From contig CP086569.2 of assembly GCA_009914755.4 (NCBI GenBank), positions 1,600,001 to 1,664,000 of the forward strand: a stretch of 64,000 nucleotides of DNA. Direction: 5' to 3'. Positions 14,647 to 35,989 of this stretch are shown piece by piece (position 1 is the first letter of the stretch; every line of letters starts with the position of its first letter). The stretch comes from the human T2T-CHM13v2.0 reference genome, Homo sapiens. The notes below the pieces were generated by a model that saw only the letters and a program-made list of their open reading frames with translations, was not told the origin of the DNA and did not search any database. The position numbers and the translations under genes are program-made.

Positions 14647-15059
14647 GAAGTGAAGGAGACGAGAGAGAGAACTAAGGCTGCAATGCTGTTTGCATAGCTT
14701 GTTGGCACGGCCGCCAGGAATCTTGGATCCAAAGTTAGGAGTGCTGCTGCTGCTTCTCCCAGGGATGGGTCTGCCTCAGTATCCCTGCAGAGTCAGTCCT
14801 GGGGTGTTGGGGCAGCCGTGCACATGTGGTCTCTGTGGCCGGTGTTCCAGTGGGTTTCAGAGCAGCGGCTGAAACTGTCAATGAAACCCCCAATGTCTGA
14901 CATCTCAGGAGGCTTCTCAGGTCTCCCACATGGCAGCTTTTTTTTTTCCTCTTTAAAATAAAAACTTTTTTTCATCCTTCACTAAGAAATAGCATTTCCC
15001 TATACACCTGACCTCAGCAATGTACACCGTACCAAATAATTACAAATGGTAAGTGCTTT

Positions 15060-15500
15060 TGTGAAAAGATAATCAACATGCCAGATAAGGAAAGAAATAC
15101 AACATTAAAAAAAAAGAGGCCATAATTGTCCATACATTTGGCAAACATACAAAGAAAATGGACAATACTGACACGTTTCAGGGTATCGGGCAAAAGGATT
15201 CTCTGTTAAGGGTGGAAACTGGTAACATCAACTCTAGATGGCCCATTTACACATTATTTGGAGAGATTAAAAAAGTACCCATCCATTGAACCAGCAATTC
15301 AATGTGTAGGAGTGTAGCCTGCAGGTCGCAGGTGCACAAAGACTGTGTAAAGGGAATTGGCTGCAAAAAGGTATTTATTTGCAAAACACTGGGAATGAGT
15401 TGGAATCAATTTATAGGTTGATGGTTAAGGGTTATGTACAGTTGTTGGTTGCCAGCAAGAGAAACAGACTCTAGTTGATTGAAGAAATTTAATAGATATC
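15060..15500 (+). mobile_element. Possible ancient L1 3'-region fragment
   Basis: cccatccattgaaccagcaattcaa and tggttgccagcaagagaaacagactctagttg resemble the old L1 3' region (tggttgccagggactgg...). Weak. Confidence 0.25.
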
Positions 15501-16285
15501 GGGCAGGTCAGATAAAGGATGAGAAGATTAGGGAATTATAAGTAGAACCCCATGAAGGCTGGTGGATAAGAAGTCCATGTGTATACCTGCCATGCCCCAG
15601 TTATACACAGCCTGCTTAGGACACAGCTTTGTTGAATTACCTGTAGACCCCAGACTCTGTTGAAGCATTCTTGCTTCCATCACGAATAACTACTGAACTT
15701 TTTTTGTTTTGTTACATCCTTCCCTCAGAATTTTGAAGGTCCCTGATAAGACATCTTTGAGGTCAGGCATAAATCATCACTTCACATCTTGACGGCAATG
15801 CAACGAAGACAAGTATCTGTCTCTTTGGGTCTGTCTAACAAGGAGCAAAGCCTGGCCTCCCACCAGCATCCAGACAATAGTGGATTCCCTCTCCATAGAT
15901 GTCAAAAAAGAAACAGATGCTCCCGCAGGTGAAATGAGCTCTGGTCCACAATGCAACGCAGGCTGTGCAGAAAATCAAAGAGGAACCAACCCAGAAGTAT
16001 CCCCCAGGACAAATCATTAAGGGGGAAAAGGCAAGTGGTACAACCCTTTATTTTATGATTCTACTAGGAAAAAAAATAGCGGCATTCCTTAAAATATTGA
16101 GATAACTGGCAGGTAGAATGAACCAAAAACTATTAACAGGGGTTCCCAGGAGAATGGAGGACAATTGAAACAGGGTGTGAAGCGGAGAGGCATAATTCGT
16201 TCTAGTGATCCTGTCATTCTCGCCTTTCCAATGATACTATATTGGTGAATGCATTGCCCAGATAACATTTAAAAAGGTTTTAAGT

Positions 16286-16593
<308 letters not shown>

Positions 16594-16599
16594 GGTTTA

Positions 16600-16962
<363 letters not shown>

Positions 16963-17266
16963 TTAACAAGCATGAATACATATATATGGTCATGTGAGAG
17001 TGAGTATACAAGCAGATAATGGTCTGGCCATCTACATAGATAAAACTCTGACCCACAACCTGCCAAGAAAACCAACCCCTTATCCACTGTAACCAGCGCA
17101 GGAAGTCACCTGCTGTGTACAAGTCAGACATGCAGGATGTCAGATTACTATCTCCAGCAAACAGTCCAGGAAGGCAAACAATATCTTCAGGCACCATGGG
17201 CCCTAAACAAGATTTGATTCATAACCACCAGATTTCCTAATGTTTGCCCCTGATTTAAAATTAGAT

Positions 17267-17621
<355 letters not shown>

Positions 17622-18213
17622 TCATGAGCCTCCTACAGCTTTAGAATGTGGACAGCCTCTAATTAGGGCATGCCTGCAGTCTTCCTGATTCTCCTATCTG
17701 GGGTTCCTGCTTTTACATTTTTGCTAAATGCAAGGGACGGTGGCTGCCTCCCTTGGTATAGCAAGCCCTGGATAAATCGTTTCTTCTTGCTCGCTGTTGG
17801 GTGAGCTTCTATTATTTCCATAGTGACCAGTCATCATCACCTTGTCATCAGCAGCATGTCAATGTAGCGTGGAAAGTGGGGCTGGTGGATGGAGATGTCT
17901 TTTGCAGAGCCAGGGATTCCACGTGGAGCATTTACATTGGGACATTCACTGTTGAGGGTGCTTCCCCTCTCCCCTGCAGACCACCCCCACCAAGGGTCAA
18001 CCCAAGACCCCCAAGCTCACTTTCTTTCCTCCAGGTCTTCACTCTGATGTCAAGTCGTTTCATCTCTCTGAGTTCCTCTTTCTTTATTTGCTAGAAAGGG
18101 ATCCTGCCCTCCCTTTCCTATGACTCTTAGGTTTGTTCTGTGATAAGGTGATTCAAGGGGTGGACACTGCTTCATAAGCTGACCCACAGTGACTGCTGGA
18201 AATGAAAGAGGTT

Positions 18214-18520
18214 GGCTGGGCTCAGTGCTTCATGCCTGTAGTCCCAGCACCTTGGAAGGCCATGGTGGGAGCATTGCTTAAAGCTGGGAGGATCGTTGGA
18301 AGCCTGGGCAACATGGCAAGACACTCATCTCTACAAAAATAAAAATAAATTATCCAGGTGTGGTGGTGTGTGCTTGTAGTCCCAGCTACTCTGACGGCTG
18401 AAGTAGGAGAATCCCTTGAGCCTAGGTGTTTGAGACTGCAGTGAGCTAGGATTGCATCACCTCACTCTAGCCTGGACAACACAGTGAGACCCTACCTTCA
18501 AAAAAAAGAAATTAAAAAAA
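18214..18520 (+). mobile_element. Alu (older, AluJ-like)
   Basis: Diverged body ggctgggctcagtgcttcatgcctgtagtcccagcaccttggaaggccatggtggga... with an A-rich tail. Confidence 0.8.
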
Positions 18521-18654
18521 CAGCTCACCCTTCATTTCCACACCACTGATGTTGGCAGTTGTGATGCTAGAAGTGAAATTGGTCCTGTTCTCTCTTTGCA
18601 AATAATTTCATTTAGACTTGAGGGGGTCTCCTTCTAGCTCCTAGTTTCTTTGTG

Positions 18655-18715
18655 TATCTGTGTGTGTGTGTGTCAGAGAGAGAGAGCAAGACAGAGAGAG
18701 AGAGACAAGGATATT
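18655..18715. repeat. (GT)n followed by (GA)n microsatellite
   Basis: tgtgtgtgtgtgtgtcagagagagagagcaagacagagagagagagac. Confidence 0.85.
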
Positions 18716-18835
18716 TTTCTCTTTTGGTGTTCAGTGGATAGGCGTCCAGGAAGGAGTGTTTGCTGGTTTTCTGGGGAGTAAAATAAAAACAAATGTGGAT
18801 TTAGATAAGAAAGAGATTTGAAAAGACAATTACAG

Positions 18836-19210
<375 letters not shown>

Positions 19211-19461
19211 TCAAAGACTCAGGCAGAAACAAATTTCATTTATAGGGAGAGGCATGTCAGAATAATTGATCAGGAAATACTTCCCCTTGTCGTTTGTTGA
19301 TTTTTCAGGAGGGGTTGTTGAAGAGGGGCTGTCCCACGTTCCAACGTACGAGGGTGTTCAGAGGAGCTGGGGGTGGGTGGGGGAGGAGAAAACTTCAAGT
19401 TTGGTCCACAAGCACTTTATTCCTATTGATTGTGGGGATGAACAGGTCAGCTAGACATTTA

Positions 19462-19790
<329 letters not shown>

Positions 19791-19940
19791 AGAAGAAAAT
19801 AAAAAGAAGGGATTTGGAGAGTCTGGTCTGGCCTTGCTCTGGAGATCAAGAGGAAGGCAGCCATGCATCTTTCCTAAGTCATGAGAGAAAGGCAGGAGTT
19901 TACAGCAAGTCACTTCTCAGAATACAAAAAGGTAAGGGGG

Positions 19941-20077
19941 ATTGAGACTATCCTGGCTAATGCAGTGAAACCCCATCTATACAACAACAAAAAATTAGTC
20001 AGATGTGGTGGTGCATGCCTGTAGTCCCAGCTACTTGGGAGAGGCAGGAGAATGGCGTGAACCCAGGAGGCAGAGGT
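19941..20077 (+). mobile_element. Alu right-arm fragment, truncated at the (TTCC)n tract
   Basis: gattgagactatcctggctaatgcagtgaaaccccatct...gaatggcgtgaacccaggaggcagaggtt, then an abrupt switch to ttccttcc... Confidence 0.8.
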
Positions 20078-20305
20078 TTCTTCCTTCCTTCCTTCCCTCC
20101 CTCCTTCCCTCCTTCCTTCCCTCCTTCCTTCCCTCCTTCCTTCCTTCCCTCCCTCCTTCCTTCCCCTTCTCCTTCCTTCCTTCCTTCCTTCTTTCCTTCC
20201 TTCTTTCCTTCCTTCTTTCCTTCCTTCTTTCCTTCCTTCCCCCCTTCTTTCTCTCCTCTCTCTTTCTTTCTCTCTCTTTCTCTCTCTCTCTTTCTTTCTT
20301 TCTTT
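20078..20305. repeat. (TTCC)n/(CTTT)n/(CT)n polypyrimidine tract (~230 bp), the expanded tail of the downstream Alu(-)
   Basis: tcttccttccttccttccctccctccttccc...ctttctttctctctctttctctctctctctttctttctttcttt is contiguous with gatggagtctcactctgtcaccc. Confidence 0.9.
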
Positions 20306-20586
20306 GATGGAGTCTCACTCTGTCACCCAGCCTGGAGTGAAATGGCACATTCTTGGCTCACTGAAACGCCCACCTCCCAGGTTCAAGTGATTCTTCTGCT
20401 TCAGCCTCCTGAGTAGCTGGGACTACAAGCGTGCACCACCACACCCAGCTAATTTCTGTATTTTTAGTAGAGATGGGGTTTCAACATGTTGGCCTGGCTG
20501 GTCTTGAACTCCTGACCTCAGGCGATCTGCCCATGTCGGCCGCCCACAATGGTGGGATTACAGGCATGAGCCACCCCACCTGGCCC
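20306..20586 (-). mobile_element. Alu (antisense)
   Basis: gatggagtctcactctgtcacccagcctggagtgaaatggcacattcttggctcactg...ggattacaggcatgagccaccccacctggccc. Confidence 0.9.
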
Positions 20587-21005
20587 AGGTAGGGGGATTT
20601 CTTACCCTTCACTGTTTTCTAGAAACACAGTGCTCAGAAAACGTTCAATAGTGTCTGGGACAAGATACTTAGGTCATTTGAGGGTCTTTTAAATAAAAGA
20701 ATAAAAAATTACGTATACACATTTAGACATGAAAGAGAATTTTTGTTTAGAATAAAATCACAGCAAATTGCAAAATCTGGAAAAGCTGATGGGCAGCCTC
20801 CAAAATCACAGGATTTACAGAACTAACATTGTTATGCATTCACCGTCAGACCCAATCCTATTTCCCCTACAACTTCTAGCCGGAAGGTCTTTGATCAGCG
20901 ATTTTTGTCTCATCCATACAGGCACGGGAAAGGTATTTCATTCTTTCCTGTAGCACAGCTGACTGTCATTTATTTATTTTTCAGACTTTAGAAAAGTATC
21001 TTTGA

Positions 21006-22248
<1,243 letters not shown>

Positions 22249-22488
22249 CATGTCAACTATGGGGAAAAGCTCATTAATTTTCTCTTCTATAAAATTTGAA
22301 AGATTTCTTGACGTTGCAGTTTCTTCTCCCATGATCATTTATCTCAATCTCATTTGAATTGACAGCATTCATTAGCTCGTTGGTTCTCAGTGTTCTCAGA
22401 GTAGCAGTATTTCAAACATTGTATGCTACCTACGTTGATGTTGTACTTTTTCCTAAATTGCTAAAAAATAGAAGGGTTTTTGCAATGA

Positions 22489-22803
<315 letters not shown>

Positions 22804-23029
22804 TCTTTTTCTTCTTTTTGTTCTTTTGAGGCTGCGAATGGATTGGATAAGGCCATCCCATGTTGGAGAAAATGATCTCCCTTTCTCAGGCTACCAATTC
22901 AATTTCTAACATCACTGCGAAGCACCCTCACAGATACCCCAGAGTGACATTCAATCAGACATCTAAACACCCCATGATCCAGTCAAGTTAACACATAATA
23001 TTAATTGTTCCAACCTCATTCTAGATATA

Positions 23030-23590
23030 AGAAGGGCCCTAAATGCAATGACAGCTGTTCTAAGAGACAGAAGAGGAGACGCAGACACAGAGGAGAAGGC
23101 CACGTGTAGACAGAGGCAGAGACTGCAGTGATGTGGCCACAAGCCCAGGGATGCCTGGAGCCCCCAGGAGCTGGGAGAGGCAGGAAGGATCCTCCTCTAG
23201 AGCCTCTAGAAGGAACTGGATACAATTGGAATGGGTTATATGGTGATCCCCAAAATATATGTTTATTTCCTTTTCCCCAGAACCTATAAATGCAATCTTA
23301 CTTGGAAACAGGATCTCTGCAAATGTAATTAGTGAAGGATCTTGAAATAAAACCTGTCCTAGATTAGGGGGTCCTAAATGCAAGGACAGGTGTCCTTCTA
23401 AACACAGAAGGGGAGACCCAGACAGAGGAGAAGGCCACATGGAGACAGAGACTGGAGTGGTGTAGCCACGAGCCCAGGAATGCTGGGAGCCCCTGGGAGC
23501 TGGGAGAGGCAGGAAGGATCCTCCCCTAGAGACTCCAGAGGGAGCTCAGCCCTAACATACCTTCATCTCAGACTCCTGGTATCCAGGATT
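23030..23590 (+). mobile_element. MaLR-type LTR 3' region, internally duplicated (partial copy 23030-23215 plus fuller copy 23222-23590)
   Basis: gggccctaaatgcaa.gacag...gagaaggccac.tg.agacagag...ggagctgggagaggcaggaaggatcctcc.ctagag occurs twice. A paralogous copy lies at 61195-61625. Confidence 0.5.
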
Positions 23591-23616
23591 ATGTGAGCAT
23601 ACATTTCCATTTTAAG

Positions 23617-24370
23617 CCTTGAAGGTTGTGAAATCTGCCACGGCTGCCATGAAGGTTGTGAAATTGGTCACGGCTGCCTTGAAGGTTGTGAAATTGCTCA
23701 CGGCTGCCTTGAAGGTTGTGAAATTGCTCACGGCTGCCTTGAAGGTTGTGAAATTGCTCACGGCTGCCTTGAAGGTTGTGAAATTGCTCACGGCTGCCTT
23801 GAAGGTTGTGAAATTGCTCACGGCTGCCTTGAAGGTTGTGCAATTGCTCACGGCTGCCTTGAAGGTTGTGAAATTGGTCACGGCTGCCTTGAAGGTTGTG
23901 AAAGTGGTCACGGCTGCCTTGAAGGTTGTGAAATTGCTCACGGCTGCCTTGAAGGTTGTGCAATTGCTCACGGCTGCCTTGAAGGTTGTGCAATTGCTCA
24001 CGGCTGCCTTGAAGGTTGTGAAATTGGTCACGGCTGCCTTGAAGGTTGTGAAAGTGGTCACGGCTGCCTTGAAGGTTGCGAAATTGCTCACGGCTGCCTT
24101 GAAGGTTGCGAAATTGCTCACGGCTGCCTTGAAGGTTGCGAAATTGCTCACGGCTGCCTTGAAGGTTGCGAAATTGCTCACGGCTGCCTTGAAGGTTGCG
24201 AAATTGCTCACGGCTGCCTTGAAGGTTGCGAAATTGCTCACGGCTGCCTTGAAGGTTGTGAAATTGCTCACGGCTGCCTTGAAGGTTGTGAAATTTGCCA
24301 CGTCTGACTTGAAGGTTGTGAAATTGGTCACGGCTACCTTGAAGGTTGTGAAATTGGTCACGGCTGCCAC
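23617..24370. repeat. Highly homogeneous 30-bp minisatellite (CTTGAAGGTTGTGAAATTGCTCACGGCTGC) x ~25
   Basis: Exact 30-bp period. Variants occur in runs (aaattgGtca, Caattgctca, ggttgCgaaatt x6 consecutive). Stop-free frames here are a repeat artefact. Confidence 0.95.
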
Positions 24371-24861
24371 TGCAAACTTTCGTATGGATAGAAGACCCCC
24401 TTTCTGACTCATCTGCACATTCTGGTCTGGAATTTGGGATGGCAGTGAACCAGCTGCCCAGTGTATACTGATCTCTCCCCTTGTCTGTGTGTCTAGGAAT
24501 GGAACAGCCATACAGCCAAGAAACCCACCACAAAGAGTGTTCTTGAATGTCCCAAACTGCAGGCAACTTTTCTGCTCTGGCCCATGGGCATGTCCTGGGA
24601 AGCTTGTGGTACAGAAAATCCAGCTTACAGCTTCCATCCGGGTAGAGCTGACCTTCCAAAGAGTGGAAGCTGTCTCAGTTCCTCGCCTGGTGGGGGGCAG
24701 ATATCTGAAGGCATGGATGCTAGAGAGATTTCTCCTTGGCTAAGGTCCAAGGTTATTTTCTGGGTACTTCCTTGCTCGTGATATTATTTTGTGAGCTCTC
24801 TAAATGCTTTGGAGTGTTGAGCTTTACCCTGTTGTGTGTTGTGTATTAAGAAACGCAATTA

Positions 24862-25474
<613 letters not shown>

Positions 25475-25678
25475 CTACTCCCCAGGAATTTTTCCATTTC
25501 TACCACTCTCCGTCTCTCCACTACCCCCTGTTGCAAGCTCCTTGGCTGGGACACTCTCAGCGTGGGATACATCAGCCCATCTCCTCCCTGCTCTGTTGCC
25601 TTGGGGATGTGCCACCTCCCACCAACCACCTTGCCTCTCCATGCTGCGCACTCTTCACTCAGAAACTCGAGATGATGG

Positions 25679-26029
<351 letters not shown>

Positions 26030-26748
26030 TCATGCAAAAAAATGCTTTGAGACAACGACAGGCAAGCCCAGGTGGTACAACAGGACACAGAAACCATCCC
26101 AAAACAAACACTCATGATTCTCCTGTATGACACCAGGAGCCAGCTGTTTCTCACATGCCCCAGCCACCTCCCAGTCCCAAACCTTTCTTCCTTGGCCAGC
26201 TCCATGTCTTCCATTTGGAATGTCTTCCAGGGGTCAAGTCTGGGGTTCCCTGGGGTCCCCAGTTGGCCTCACACCGTGGATGCCCTGGGTATTGGCTCTG
26301 GACGATGACTTTTGAGCAGCTTTTCTGACAGCATCCACCACCTGTGGCTGCCTCCCTGGCAGAGGCGGTAACCATGGAAACGGGGAAGCCAGCCAAGGAT
26401 CATCTGTGATGGGAGAGTGGGAGGGAAAAGGAGGCAGACAAAGGGGGCAGGCATCGGTTCATGAGTCGAAGGGCGTCGGCACCTGAGTGTGGTAGGCCTT
26501 TTACAATTCACACCTCCCCAGCGTGTCTACAGGTATCACGTCCCAGGCCCCCAGGAGGTAAGGAGGAGGGTGAGAGCTCCTCACATCTGTGGCTCCGTGG
26601 AAGAGGACGCGTCCTGTGCCTCCACACCACACCCTTGACATTGGCTGTTGTGATGCTCTGGGTATAATCAGTCCCAGCTCCAACTCTTTCCATGGCACTG
26701 AAGCCTGGATAACACAGTGTAAGACCTCATCTCTAAAAATAAGAAGGA

Positions 26749-27133
<385 letters not shown>

Positions 27134-27222
27134 CTAGCACCATCCTATGTGGGGGTCTCCAAGAGCAATCCTCAGGTGTTGTGATACGGCTGCTAGGAGG
27201 TCTCCTGGGATGCTACATATAG

Positions 27223-27900
<678 letters not shown>

Positions 27901-27921
27901 TATTATTTTATTTTATTTTTT

Positions 27922-28201
<280 letters not shown>

Positions 28202-28229
28202 CCCCTCCCCCACCCTTTTTTTTAAAAGT

Positions 28230-28449
28230 CTTCTGCAGTGGGCTGAAGTATGTCTCTGCAAAGTTTATGTCCACCAGAACCTCAGAAGGGAAACTTATTT
28301 GGAAATAAAGTCTTCGTGGACGTCGTTAAGATGAGGTTGCACTGGAATAGAGTGGGCCCTAAATCCAATGACTGGAGCCCTTGTAAGAAAAAAAGAGAAC
28401 ACACAAAGGAGAAGATGGAGACAGAGGTTGGACTGACACATCTATGAAC

Positions 28450-28450
<1 letters not shown>
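28230..28450 (+). mobile_element. MaLR-type LTR internal fragment
   Basis: ggaaacttatttggaaataaagtcttcgtggacgtcgttaagatgaggttgcactggaatagagtgggccctaaatccaatgactggagcccttgtaagaaaaaaagag. Confidence 0.45.
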
Positions 28451-29205
<755 letters not shown>

Positions 29206-29409
29206 ATTAACCGCTTCCCATACCCACATGTAAAACTTCAAAGCTGTCAGTAACGCCTCACGCATGATCCTCTTCCATCAATCCCACCTCCAGTTACGGC
29301 CAGAGAAGACACAAGACCCCAGTTCAAAAAACTGTCTTTTTTGTGGAGCTCTTCTTTCTACTAAGACTTTAGTTGTGTATATCAATTGTGACTTCAATTA
29401 CGTATAATG

Positions 29410-30293
<884 letters not shown>

Positions 30294-31374
30294 TGAGGAA
30301 TCTTTCAACCCCTTGCTACCTTTCAAATTGCATAGGAACATTGAAAAGATGATAAAATGTGGAGGCTCAAAGAAAACAAGCAGTGTTCAGCATTCCGAAA
30401 GTGGCCTGGTTTGAGGAAATTAATTATTTGGCATCTCTGAACAAGTGGTGTTTTGGACTCCTAAACTTAAAGATAAATACATATTGTTTCCTACCCTTCA
30501 TTCGTCTTCCTTCTCCTCGCCCGACCCAGAACTCCAAGAAGGCTAATCTCTTCTGCAATATCGTAATGGCCTTGAAGCAATCTAACATCTGTGTTCTTCC
30601 TTTCCTCATCTATGAAATTACTTTCAAATAACCAAATTAAACAGGATCTTCCATTTGGGCTGGAATGGTAAGAGCGGCAGAGGACAGCATGTTCCCATTT
30701 ATAATAGCAGGCACGGAAATTCAACCAGACTTTGCTGATCTAAGAGATGCTCTTGGAAGACCCCATTACTTAAATGATCTAGAAAATGTCCTCCCGAGTC
30801 AAGGTATGTCTTAAGGAAGAAAAACGTACAAACAAAACCCAGAAAACTGTTTTAAGAGTCTTATTCTGATGAGACTCTATTTGTATTTGCCAAATAGCTG
30901 TGATTTTCTGGAATGCAGGACAAGCTGATAAATTAGGCAGGATGAAGACACTTTTTTTCTCAAGGGCAGGAACACAGATAAGAGCACCTAAGTGTAACAC
31001 TTTGTTCTGGGACACAGCCCAACTCCAGTCCTTCTGTAGAATATCTGTATTCAGTCAGAGGATATCAAAGATGGATAGAGCCTTGGGAATTATCTAGCAC
31101 AACCTTATCCATTTTACAGCTGGGGAAACCAGAGCTGGGAGGGCAACTTCCAAATTGGTAGTGATCCATCGTACACAATTGAAGTCATCATTGGTAGACA
31201 CAACTGAGGTCCTAGTAGAAAGAACAGCCTCACAAGACAGTGATTTGAACTGGGGTCTTGTGCCTTCTTTGGCCATGACTGGAGGTGGGATTGGTGGAAG
31301 TGGGTGATGGGTGAGGCTTTACTGACCAATTTGAAATTTTGCATGTGTGTACGGAAAGGAGTTGACTCAACAGG

Positions 31375-31942
<568 letters not shown>

Positions 31943-32029
31943 TCAACTTTCACCCCCCCACACCCCAACACTCTCCCCTTTGGACTCCCCAGTGTCTGTG
32001 AACTCCATCTCTTATGTTTATGGGTACCT

Positions 32030-33560
<1,531 letters not shown>

Positions 33561-33855
33561 TCAGACGTTGAATGCATACCTAGCTTAGCTCCGTACCTGG
33601 TGCTATGCCCCGAATGCTTATTGATCTTGTTTTCTGGGTATTGTGGATGAGTGAAGATCCATGCACTGATGTTGGGTTGTTTCATTGTGGTCACTTCTCA
33701 TAGCCCCCATCACACTGCAGCCTTCTCTGTGTCTCTGCATCCACATAGTTGGAGCTAGCCATCTCACTCAGGGCTTTCTTGGAAGCATAGGGAGTTGCTC
33801 CATGCTGCAGAACGGATTCCATCTGTGCAGTGAGAGAACAGGAATTGATAGATAA

Positions 33856-35045
<1,190 letters not shown>

Positions 35046-35089
35046 GATGTTGGTTTTCATCTCTACTTTTGAGGAATGCTGATCTAGTA

Positions 35090-35490
35090 CATGTAGGGAA
35101 GACTCATGTATTGTCACAACAACCATGAAAGCAAAGGACAGAATCTGGGTGTCAGGGAGTGACATGGGTAGAATTGTGTGCCCTACAACATTAGGTTCAA
35201 GTTCTGACGCCAGGTACCTGTTAACGTGACCTTCTTTGGAAATCAGGTCTCTGCAAATGTAATGAGTCCAGACACCAAGGGAAACGGAGAAGATAAGAAG
35301 CAGAGATTGAGGTAATGCGTCCACCAGCCAAGGAGCACCAAGACGTGCTGGCGACCACCAGATGCTAGCGGGGAGACCTGGAACAGATTCTCCCTCAAAG
35401 CCTCCAGAAGTAAACCAACTCTGTAGACACCTTCATTTCAGACTTCTGGTCTCCAGAGCTGTGAGAGAATCCATTTCTGTTCATTGCAGC
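35090..35490 (+). mobile_element. MaLR-type LTR
   Basis: ...gtgaccttctttggaaatcaggtctctgcaaatgtaatgagtccagacaccaagggaaacggagaag...cagacttctggtctccagagctgtgagagaatccatttctgttcattgcagccac. Confidence 0.5.
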
Positions 35491-35632
35491 CACTTTTTTC
35501 TTTTCTTCCTTCTTTCTTTTCTTTTTTCTTTCTTTCTTTCTTCCTTCCTTCCTTCCTTTCTCTCTCTTTCTCTCTTTCTTCTTTTCCTTCCTTTGCTTCC
35601 TTTCCTTCCTTTCCTTGTTTCTTCTCTCTTTC
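35490..35632. repeat. Complex (TTTC)n/(TTCC)n polypyrimidine tract, the expanded tail of the downstream Alu(-)
   Basis: cttttttcttttcttccttctttcttttcttttttctttctttctttcttccttccttccttcctttctctctc... Confidence 0.85.
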
Positions 35633-35633
35633 T

Positions 35634-35913
35634 GAGATGGAGTTTTGCTCTGTCACCCAGGCTGGAGTGCAGTGGCGCAATCTCGGTTCACTGTGACCTC
35701 TGCCTCCTGGGTTCAAGTGATTCTCCTGCCTCAGCTTCCTGAGTAGCTGGGATTACAGGCACAAGCCACCATGCCCGGATAATTTTTTATATTTTTGGTA
35801 TAGACGAGGTTTCACCATGTTGGCCAATCTTGTTTCAAACTCTTGACCTCAAGTCATCCAGCCACCTTGGCCTCCCAAATTCTGAGATAACAGGTGTGAG
35901 CCACTGTGTCTTG
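35634..35913 (-). mobile_element. Alu (antisense)
   Basis: gagatggagttttgctctgtcacccaggctggagtgcagtggcgcaatctcggttcactg...gtgtgagccactgtgtcttgcc. Confidence 0.88.
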
Positions 35914-35989
35914 CCTGAGCCATTTCTTCAGCAGTGATTTTTTTTTTTCATGGCTGCCCTAGCTAAGGAATACCATTACAATGAAAGCT

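Noticed and set aside
23589-24659. ORFs of 262-356 aa on both strands across the 30-bp array, and the thought that the regular 30-bp repeats might be a CRISPR array
   Set aside because: The repeats are contiguous with no unique spacers, so this is a minisatellite, not a CRISPR array. Frames are open only because the period is a multiple of 3. The sequence is primate, not prokaryotic.
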